From a virus (taxonomy: Duplodnaviria; Caudoviricetes): a DNA stretch of 37,484 nucleotides. The position numbers were made by a program, and so were the translations under genes. The DNA is taken from the IMG/VR virus record IMGVR_UViG_3300044840_000113, positions 1 to 37,484 of that record; one strand, 5' to 3'. Shown in pieces: positions 25,184 to 32,143 of the stretch; within the stretch, counting starts at the first letter, position 1, and each line of letters opens with the position of its first letter. The notes beneath the pieces were generated by a model that saw only the letters and a program-made list of their open reading frames with translations, made no database searches and was not told the origin of the DNA.

Positions 25184-26266
25184 TCACTGCACCTTCAGGT
25201 TGCGGATGACGACGCAGGACTTGGTGTTCTTCAACACCATCGCGAACGGCCCCATCTCGATCTCACCGGTCTTGACCGCGCCGGCGATGGAGAAGTCGGG
25301 CAGCCAGGACTGGAACAGCGGCGAGCCGGCCGCCGAGGCGGCGTGCACCGAGTCCAGGCCGAAGGTGATGCCGAACAGGTCGGTCAGCCCGGTGATCGCG
25401 CCGTCCGAACCGTTCGGGGTGCGGGTGGAGATCGGGATGATCGGCGCCGAGTCGTCCGGCTTGTTGCCCAGGTCGACCAGCACCCAGTCGCCGTAGGTCT
25501 CGATCGGGTTGCCCAGGTCGTCCTTGGTCTGCGTGTACATGCCGGCCGCGCGGGCCAGCGACCGCATCCGCATGATGGACTTGGTGTTGCCGCACAGCCC
25601 CTTCACGCCGGCTTCCAGCGCGCCGGGTGCGCCCTGGTCGCCGGACCCGGTGTGGGACGGCACGATCTGCGACAGCGCGTCGTCGATGATCTCCAGCGCC
25701 GACATCGACGCGGCCGGCACACCACCGAGCTGCGTGGTGGCCGCGAGGGTGGCCTGGTCGATCTTCAGCAGGTTGGTGCCCGCACCCGAGCCGGCGTTCG
25801 GGAAGTACTCCGTCGACGTGCCGGTCAGCTGCTTGTTGAGGCCGTCGAACCCGTTCGCGTCGACCGCGGTGTCCGCGTTGATGAACGCGTCCTGAGCCTT
25901 GGTCTTGACCGAGGTCATCGCCTGCTGCATCTGGAACGTGACCTCGTTCGACGCGGCCGGGCCGAGGTTGGCCAGGGTGCGGTCGACGTTGAACGAGGCA
26001 CCCATCGGCTTGAGGTTGACCGTCTTCTGGGACCGCACCGCCTGCGCCGGGGTGTATTCCGTGTTGAACGCACGGAACGACGCCGCTGCCGCGGTGATCA
26101 GCTGGGTGTAGCCGTAGGTCAGGGACGCGCCGCCGGTGCCGGGGGTCACGGTGTCGTCGAACACCATGTGGTTGAGCAGCCAGCTGTAGCGGCGGAAGTT
26201 GTCGATGACGTTGAAGTCGAGGTCGGTCAGGGTGTTGAGCTGCGCCTGCGCCAAGGTGACGGGCAC
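25184..26266 (-). CDS. Major capsid protein (HK97 fold)
   Basis: MPVTLAQA, FRAFN.EY, LKP.G.SF.VDR, FDGL.K.L and GAVKTGE.EMGP motifs; AGGAGG RBS. Confidence 0.93.
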   Translation of the reverse strand: MPVTLAQAQLNTLTDLDFNVIDNFRRYSWLLNHMVFDDTVTPGTGGASLTYGYTQLITAAAASFRAFNTEYTPAQAVRSQKTVNLKPMGASFNVDRTLANLGPAASNEVTFQMQQAMTSVKTKAQDAFINADTAVDANGFDGLNKQLTGTSTEYFPNAGSGAGTNLLKIDQATLAATTQLGGVPAASMSALEIIDDALSQIVPSHTGSGDQGAPGALEAGVKGLCGNTKSIMRMRSLARAAGMYTQTKDDLGNPIETYGDWVLVDLGNKPDDSAPIIPISTRTPNGSDGAITGLTDLFGITFGLDSVHAASAAGSPLFQSWLPDFSIAGAVKTGEIEMGPFAMVLKNTKSCVVIRNLKVQ

Positions 26267-26284
26267 GTTGTCCTCCTACTGGGG

Positions 26285-26983
26285 TCAGCCGCCGCGCTGG
26301 TAGTGGGCCTTGATGGCCGCACCGAGTCCTTGCGTGCGCTGGGGTTGGGTGCCGCTGCCGCCCGCCGGTCGGTCGCCGCCGGCGCGTGGTGGTGCGGTGG
26401 TTGTGGTGGCGTTCGCCTTGAACGCCGGGTGTTTCTCGATGTACGCCTTGATGTGCACCTCGAGCTTGGTCCGGAAGTCCGCCCCCTGCGGGTCGTCCTC
26501 GGTGAACGCGTCCAGCGAGTCGATGAACGCCCGGGAGTCGAGTAGGGCCTCGCCGTTCGCGCCGGCCGCCTGGGCCGTGCGGAACACGTTCAACTCGATG
26601 GCGTTGGTCCACGCGACGGCCTGCTGCTGCTCGAGCTGCGCCGCCAGGGCGTTAGCGTCGGGCGCTGCGTCCTTGCCGTCCGGGGTGAAGCCAGCAGCCT
26701 TGAGGATCGCGTCGCGCTGCGCCTTGGCCGCCTGGGCCTCGGTCGTCGCGGTCGCTTTCTCGGTGCGGTGCTTGGCTGCCTCGGCGCGGGTGTCCTCGAT
26801 GAGCTTGCGGACGTCGGGCGGCAGGGTGGAGAGGTCGGTCGGCTGCGGCTGGGCGCCAGGCCCTGGCTGCTGACCGGTCGGTGCGGACTGTGCGGCTGGC
26901 GGTTGGGTTCCGGTCGGCGCCTGGCCACCAGTTCCCCCGTCGGCTGGCGCGCCTGGCGCCGCCGACGGTAGGGGTACCGTCAT
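26285..26983 (-). CDS. Head scaffolding protein
   Basis: P/Q-rich N-terminus, coiled coil R.EAAK.R and LLDSRAF motif; immediately upstream of the capsid gene. Confidence 0.88.
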   Translation of the reverse strand: MTVPLPSAAPGAPADGGTGGQAPTGTQPPAAQSAPTGQQPGPGAQPQPTDLSTLPPDVRKLIEDTRAEAAKHRTEKATATTEAQAAKAQRDAILKAAGFTPDGKDAAPDANALAAQLEQQQAVAWTNAIELNVFRTAQAAGANGEALLDSRAFIDSLDAFTEDDPQGADFRTKLEVHIKAYIEKHPAFKANATTTTAPPRAGGDRPAGGSGTQPQRTQGLGAAIKAHYQRGG

Positions 26984-27008
26984 CGTAGCTGTCCTTTCGG
27001 GACGATCG

Positions 27009-27194
27009 TTAGGACTTCTTCGCGGCGGCGATCATGTCGGCCGCCTTCCGCTTCTTCTGGCCGGTCTTGGCCAACGCGGCCATGCCGGCCTTGCCGAACT
27101 TCTTCCGGCCGATGGTCGCCGCAAGCCCGGCCGGGTCGGTCGCGCCCTTCGCGGCGAGCTTGGCCTTGAGCTTGTCGAAACCGATGTGCGCCAC
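27009..27194 (-). CDS. Small Lys/Ala-rich basic protein
   Basis: AGGAGG RBS; DP.GLAA.IGRKKFGK motif; fills the gap between minor capsid and scaffold genes. Confidence 0.75.
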   Translation of the reverse strand: MAHIGFDKLKAKLAAKGATDPAGLAATIGRKKFGKAGMAALAKTGQKKRKAADMIAAAKKS

Positions 27195-27218
27195 GAGGTG
27201 GACCTCCTACGGGTTGGT

Positions 27219-28349
27219 TCAGCGAGCCGTGCCGATCTGCTCGCGGTGGCTCTGGCGGAACAGCTGGGTCGGCGCGGTGTCGATGTGCTGGCGGATCTGC
27301 GCCTGCACCGCGCGGACTTTCGCTCGCGCGGCGGCCGCCGCGGCCGGGTCGATCGCTGCGGCGGCCTGCATCTTGGCGGCGCGCACTTCGCGCTCGAGCG
27401 CGCGCAGCTGCTGCCGCGCCTTGTCGCCGTCCGGATCGGCGGTGTTGGTCGGGACCTTCGTCGCGCCGGGTAGGTAGGCGTTGATGGTGTGCCGGCAGTT
27501 CGGGTGCAGCAGCCCGGCCGCGATGGCTTGGTCGACGCTGCCTGCGATCCGCACAACCATCGGTTCGTCGGTGACCACCGACTTGGTCCGCATCAAGATG
27601 TACCGCTGGTTGTGCGCGGTGAGGATCTTCCCTTCCCACGGCCGGCACTTGAAGCACTCCTGCGGGGCGTTGGACACGATCCGCAGGTCCACGCCGAGCG
27701 CGTCGAGCTGGTCACTGTGGGCCTGCACGACGGCGTGCGTGATGACGGTGCGGGTGGCCATCTCCACATAGGACGCGAGCTGCCAGCGCCGGCCGGCCTT
27801 GTCGACGAACCCGGTGATGCCCTGCCGCAGCAGCTCCGACCATGCCTTCTGCGCGACCTGTCGGCGGGTGCGGGTGCCGATCAGGCCGGGCCCGGTCGCC
27901 GCGGCCTTCGCGACGACCTCGCGGTAGGCGTCCAGCGACCACCGCAGGATCCGCAGGTGTGTGCCCAACAGCGTCGAGCGCAGTGCGAACGCCAACGTGT
28001 GGACGGCGTCGACGTTGACCGCGGATCGCTGGAACTCCGCGCGCTGCTTGTCCGACCAGCCTGCTATCTTCGCCAGCTCGTCGACACCGGCCTGGGCGCC
28101 ACGAGCGAACGCCAGCGTGATCGTCTGCTGGACCTGGCCGGTGGTGTCGGTGGCCAGCCGGTGCAGCACCGCCTGGATACCGCCACGCAGCTCGCCCAGG
28201 GCGGCCAGCTTGGCGTGATCCCAGCCCGGTTTGTCGATCCCGGCCTTGAGCCGATCGCCGATGTTCTGGGCGATCTCCTGCTGCGCGCTGGCATACATCT
28301 CGGTGAGGGCCTGGGCGAGATCGGCGGCCAGCGTGCGGTCGGCCGGCAC
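27219..28349 (-). CDS. Phage minor capsid protein (Phage_min_cap2-like)
   Basis: GITGFVDKAGRRW.L.SY.EMATRT, C..C.PWEGK and GLLHPNCRH motifs. Confidence 0.92.
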   Translation of the reverse strand: MPADRTLAADLAQALTEMYASAQQEIAQNIGDRLKAGIDKPGWDHAKLAALGELRGGIQAVLHRLATDTTGQVQQTITLAFARGAQAGVDELAKIAGWSDKQRAEFQRSAVNVDAVHTLAFALRSTLLGTHLRILRWSLDAYREVVAKAAATGPGLIGTRTRRQVAQKAWSELLRQGITGFVDKAGRRWQLASYVEMATRTVITHAVVQAHSDQLDALGVDLRIVSNAPQECFKCRPWEGKILTAHNQRYILMRTKSVVTDEPMVVRIAGSVDQAIAAGLLHPNCRHTINAYLPGATKVPTNTADPDGDKARQQLRALEREVRAAKMQAAAAIDPAAAAAARAKVRAVQAQIRQHIDTAPTQLFRQSHREQIGTAR

Positions 28350-28352
28350 CGG

Positions 28353-30083
28353 TTACTGCCCGACGTACGCGGCCGGGCTGATCACCGGTGGCTCGGCCGG
28401 CGTGAGGCCTTCGGGCGGCAGGTCCGGCACGCCGTCGGGTGCCTGGTCGACGTAGTGCGGCACCCACAGCGGGATGTCGTCGGCCTCGGTGTCCACCTCG
28501 GTCGGTTGACCAGCCGCGGCCGGCATCCCGCCCGGCTGACCGATGGTGTCGGGGTTCGCGACGACCATGCCCTTCTCGCCCATGATCCGCTTGACCTCGT
28601 TCTTCTGCTCGTCCGCGGACCAGTCCGGGTGCAGCATCTGCACCATGGTCAGGGTCGACATGGCCTCGGCCTGGCGCAGCGCGAGCAGGCTGGCGGCCAA
28701 CTCGCCGGGGTTCTGCTGAACGACGTCGCCGAACTCGATGTCGGGCCGCAACGGCTGCACGCCCCAGTTGAACGCGGCGTTGCCGACCTTGAGCAGGACC
28801 TGGAACAGGTCGGCCAGCGGCGGCCGGAAGTAGGTGAGCTTCTTCTTCCGGGTGATCAGCGACTTGCGTTCCTTCGCGGAGACCTCGGTGGCGGTCATCG
28901 CGACCTCGCCGGTCAGGCCGAACGTCTGGCCGCTGTAGCCGGCCAGGCCGACGGCCATGGTCATGATCTCCTGGATCGTCTGGGAGTGCTCGGCGACCCG
29001 GATGGCGAACTGCTGGATGGTGATCTGCGGCGGCGTGCCGGGCAGCATCGAGAAGCCCTCGTACGCCTCCTGCTCGGCGTCCCACTGCGCGCCTCGACCC
29101 GGGCCACGGTCGCGCAGGTACTGATCCGGGACGAGTACGCGACCTTTGGCCAGGCGAACATCGCGCATCCAACTGGACATGGTCTCGTCCAGCGCGTCGA
29201 ACAGGCCTTCGACGCCGGCGTAGTCCGACCGTCCGAAGTGGGCACACGCGGGCTGGTTGCGCCACATCCGGTTGGGCCTGATGTTGGGCACGTACACGAC
29301 CGGGAGCTGGTCGATGCCCAGCCGCATGGTCTGGCCGTCGGCCTCGAGCAGGTCGACGAAGTTCTCGGTCTCCGGGTAGTCACCGAGCGGTTGCGGATTG
29401 CCGAGCGCGTCCGGGCCGCCCTTGTAGACGGCCTGCTGCCACACGGCTTCCTGGCCGTCCATCTCGTACCGCTCGAGGTGCCGCACGACGTTGCTGGCGT
29501 CCTGCTTGAGCACCCGCCAGAACGTGACCGCGGAGAGCCGGCCGAACTTCCACTCCGGGACGGCGGCGTCGGCGTGGATGGCGTTGATCCACGGCTTGTC
29601 CGACACCGACTTGTCCCACACCACCCGAAAGTAGACGCCGCCGAGCGCGGCGTTGACCTCGGCGCCCTCGAGCAGCGCGGTGTAGAACTCGTCGTCGACC
29701 AGCTCGTCGAGCTTCTCCTGGGTGGACTCCAGGCCGGCGCCGGCGTTCTCCGGCAGGACCACGTTGGGTGGCTCGGCGAACAGCAGGTCGGCACTGGTCG
29801 ACGCGATGTCCGCGGCGAGCGGGACGTGGATCTTGCTGCGCTTCTCGCCCTGGGGGATCGGCTGGCCCCAGAACCAGCGGGCGAGCGTGCCGACCAGGCC
29901 GCCGCGATACTGCGACGGGCGGGCGTGCGGCCGGTTCGTGACGCGCTGGGAGACCTGCATGTAGAACGCGGCCAGCTCGTCGGGATCGCCGGAGTACCAC
30001 GCGGCCCAGGGCACGAACTTCTCGTAGGCAACCGCAACCGACGTCGGCGGCCACGTCATGTTCCCGCCGGCGGGCAACGGCAC
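28353..30083 (-). CDS. Portal protein (SPP1 gp6/A118-like)
   Basis: HVPLAADIA..SADLLF.E, GRSDY, IRV.EH and TATEV motifs; GGAGG RBS at 30091-30095. Confidence 0.95.
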   Translation of the reverse strand: MPLPAGGNMTWPPTSVAVAYEKFVPWAAWYSGDPDELAAFYMQVSQRVTNRPHARPSQYRGGLVGTLARWFWGQPIPQGEKRSKIHVPLAADIASTSADLLFAEPPNVVLPENAGAGLESTQEKLDELVDDEFYTALLEGAEVNAALGGVYFRVVWDKSVSDKPWINAIHADAAVPEWKFGRLSAVTFWRVLKQDASNVVRHLERYEMDGQEAVWQQAVYKGGPDALGNPQPLGDYPETENFVDLLEADGQTMRLGIDQLPVVYVPNIRPNRMWRNQPACAHFGRSDYAGVEGLFDALDETMSSWMRDVRLAKGRVLVPDQYLRDRGPGRGAQWDAEQEAYEGFSMLPGTPPQITIQQFAIRVAEHSQTIQEIMTMAVGLAGYSGQTFGLTGEVAMTATEVSAKERKSLITRKKKLTYFRPPLADLFQVLLKVGNAAFNWGVQPLRPDIEFGDVVQQNPGELAASLLALRQAEAMSTLTMVQMLHPDWSADEQKNEVKRIMGEKGMVVANPDTIGQPGGMPAAAGQPTEVDTEADDIPLWVPHYVDQAPDGVPDLPPEGLTPAEPPVISPAAYVGQ

Positions 30084-30095
30084 GGTCAGACCTCC

Positions 30096-30152
30096 TGTCT
30101 ACTGGTAGACACATGGACGGAATTGGGCTAGAGTGTCTACCAGTAGACACTC
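30096..30152 (+). promoter_or_regulatory. Promoter with two palindromic operators
   Basis: TGTCTAC-TG-GTAGACA (30096-30111) and GAGTGTCTAC-CA-GTAGACACTC (30131-30152). TAGACA (30106-30111), 17-bp spacer, TAGAGT (30129-30134). Confidence 0.8.
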
Positions 30153-30173
30153 GCGAACTGGAGGGATAACGAC

Positions 30174-30494
30174 ATGAACGGCAGCCGACCGAAGAGGACA
30201 GTTCGTCTCGGCGATGACACGCTCGTCGACTGGGTTTCAGAGCCGGTGTTCGAGTTCGAAACCGAGGTCGACGCGCTGCAGATGTTGCAAGCGCTCAGTG
30301 ATGAGTTGCGAAGCGCGCGCGAACAGGTCCGCCACGCGATGCGTTACATGGGCGCCGCCGTGCAGGCCGCTCGAACGGTCGTCGAGGACGGCCAGCCCGT
30401 CAGCAAGCAGGCGATCATTCGGGAGAGCGGGCTCTCGCGCCGCACGGTCTACGCCATCCTTGGCGAGGAAGAAGCCGTCACGCCTTCTTCCTGA
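30174..30494 (+). CDS. Small protein with C-terminal HTH (resolvase/Hin-like), antisense within the late operon
   Basis: GGAGGG RBS and own promoter; VSKQAIIRESGLSRRTVYAIL HTH. Confidence 0.82.
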   Translation: MNGSRPKRTVRLGDDTLVDWVSEPVFEFETEVDALQMLQALSDELRSAREQVRHAMRYMGAAVQAARTVVEDGQPVSKQAIIRESGLSRRTVYAILGEEEAVTPSS

Positions 30495-30648
30495 TCGACT
30501 TGCGGGCGGGCAGCGTTGCGAACGGCTTGGCGGCCTTGTTGGCCTCGGCCCACCGGCGCGGCCACTTCGCGGGGTCGGCGCCGAACTTGGCGAACGCGAA
30601 CCGTCTTCGCCACTGGGCCTTGGACGAGAAGGTGTGTGGTCCAGGCAC
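30478..30648 (-). CDS. Small basic phage protein (F.SKAQ.R...RW...LP.RK type)
   Basis: GGAGGTGA RBS before GTG 30648; 56 aa, K/R-rich. Confidence 0.65.
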   Translation of the reverse strand: MPGPHTFSSKAQWRRRFAFAKFGADPAKWPRRWAEANKAAKPFATLPARKSIRKKA

Positions 30649-30656
30649 AGCAGCAG

Positions 30657-30826
30657 TCACCTCCGGTCGAGGTAGGCGCGTGAGCGCTCCATCCAGGTCG
30701 CAGCCGCGAGCGATCGGCCTTCGAGCTGACACAGTCCGGGCAGTGGCGCTGGCGGTTGCTGGTCTTCATGTAGTCGCCCGAACAGTTCGCACAAACGGCC
30801 GGCTGTGGCCGGCAATTCCGCGGCAC
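30657..30826 (-). pseudogene. Probable internally deleted endonuclease VII/HNH-type gene remnant
   Basis: N-terminal CANC...QRHCPDC zinc finger in one frame is joined out of frame to WMERSRAYLDRR-stop, which resembles the Endo VII C-terminal helix. Confidence 0.45.
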
Positions 30827-30829
30827 TGC

Positions 30830-31363
30830 TCAGACCACCGGCCCGTGCAGTGCCCGCACCAACGCCATCGGCGTGACGTAGCCCGGCCACCGGTGGTCGG
30901 CGAACATCGCCAACCCGGCCCGCCGGTACGCCTCGTCGACGAGCTGGCTACAGATCATGTGCCCGGACGACGCCACGAACCGCCGCAGGCCCGGCACCGG
31001 CAGGTGCAGGCGGTGCGCCGCGAGCGCGAAGTAGTCGGCCGCGCTGTACGGCACACCCTCGAGCGACCGTCCGGCGGCCACGATCGCAGCCCGCTCGGCG
31101 TCGGTCAGCGGCCAGTCCGACCACACCACGTTCGTGCCGTCATACTCGCTGACCGGTCGGATGCGCGCGCCACCCGGCTCGGCCTCGATGAGCTCGCCGC
31201 TGGGCAGCACCAACACCGCGTGCTGATAGGCGGTCCTGCGTTCGGGCAGCGCGGGATCTGGCGTTGCATCCCAGCCGTCCCCGTTGAGCAACTGTCCAAA
31301 GCGGATCAGTCGGCCGACCTCGCCGGAGATCGCGACGAGGCCGAAGTCGCCTGGCTTGGGCAT
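30830..31363 (-). CDS. Permuted papain-like NlpC/P60 (YiiX/YebB-like) amidase/peptidase
   Basis: PGDF, YQHAVLV (His), EAEPGG, G.PYS and ICSQLV..AY..AG (Cys after His). ATG 31363 is best spaced from GGAGG; GTG 31369 is an alternative start. Confidence 0.88.
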   Translation of the reverse strand: MPKPGDFGLVAISGEVGRLIRFGQLLNGDGWDATPDPALPERRTAYQHAVLVLPSGELIEAEPGGARIRPVSEYDGTNVVWSDWPLTDAERAAIVAAGRSLEGVPYSAADYFALAAHRLHLPVPGLRRFVASSGHMICSQLVDEAYRRAGLAMFADHRWPGYVTPMALVRALHGPVV

Positions 31364-31365
31364 CG

Positions 31366-31635
31366 TCACCTCCTCGTACCGCTCAGCGTGATCCGCGGCT
31401 GATTGCGCGCCAGGCGCTCGGCCAGCGTGCGGTCGCGCTCGGGATAGGTGACGACGTCGGCCTCGTCTACTTCGGCCTTGACAAGCCCGTTGACGTCGAC
31501 GCCGACGGCCTGTAGCTCGTGGATCGTGGCCGCGACGATGTCGGTGCAGTCGGGGTTGCCGGTGATGCGCCGCACACGTCGGGCCAGCATGTCGACCAGC
31601 TCGTCGCCGTTGAGGTACCGCCGGCGCTGGGCCAT
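31366..31635 (-). CDS. Hypothetical protein (89 aa)
   Basis: TGATG overlap with the acb2-like gene; high GC3. Confidence 0.7.
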   Translation of the reverse strand: MAQRRRYLNGDELVDMLARRVRRITGNPDCTDIVAATIHELQAVGVDVNGLVKAEVDEADVVTYPERDRTLAERLARNQPRITLSGTRR

Positions 31636-31889
31636 CAGAACCTGTTCTCCGGCTGGGCGATGGCGCGCACCAGTTCCATGTAGCCCAGCTCCAGCAGCAT
31701 CCGCGCGGTGCGCATACGGTCCGGGTCGATCGGGACGGAAACCGCGTGGTTCTCTGGCTCGTACTCCAGCACCTGGCGCCACAGGACGCCGGTCTGTTCT
31801 TCGCTGGCCTTGACCTGGTTCATCAGGTCGATGGCTTCCTGCGGCAGGTCGCGGTAGCCCTTGATCTGCTTGTGCTGGTTGTCAACCAT
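31635..31889 (-). CDS. acb2: Acb2-family anti-CBASS cyclic oligonucleotide sponge
   Basis: 84 aa from ATG 31889 (GGAGG RBS, TGATG overlap): MVDNQHKQIKGYRDLPQEAIDLMNQVK...GYMELVRAIAQPENRF matches the termini of Pseudomonas phage Acb2 as I recall them (DNQHKKIKGYRDL...RAIAQP). Confidence 0.88.
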   Translation of the reverse strand: MVDNQHKQIKGYRDLPQEAIDLMNQVKASEEQTGVLWRQVLEYEPENHAVSVPIDPDRMRTARMLLELGYMELVRAIAQPENRF

Positions 31890-32128
31890 CAGGCGCTGAC
31901 CTCCTGCTCGACCTTGGTGAAGTCGAGGTAGTAGTCCTGCCCCAGCTCGAACTGTGCCGCCGGATTGTCGACGGTGATCTCGACGCTGCCGCTCGGCGTG
32001 GCCTTCGCGAACCGCTGGTCCTCGGGCAGGCTGGCGTCGTACATGGCCTGGAACCGGATGGTCCTCGATCCTTCCTGGCCATAGGCGGATCGCGTCTCGG
32101 AGATGCACTTGAACTTGGCGCGGATCAT
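31889..32128 (-). CDS. Conserved small phage protein (RAKF...F.KATPSG...DNPAA...YY.DF family)
   Basis: 79 aa, beta-rich, AAGGGA RBS; translationally coupled to the acb2-like gene. Confidence 0.8.
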   Translation of the reverse strand: MIRAKFKCISETRSAYGQEGSRTIRFQAMYDASLPEDQRFAKATPSGSVEITVDNPAAQFELGQDYYLDFTKVEQEVSA

Positions 32129-32143
32129 GCTGCGTCCCTTCGG

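Noticed and set aside
16044-30131. Very long alternative-frame and antisense ORFs (e.g. 16044..18827, 17120..18859, 18652..20511, 25055..26545, 27489..30131)
   Set aside because: These are Arg/Pro/Gly-rich or antisense shadows of real high-GC3 genes; stop codons are scarce in high-GC DNA.
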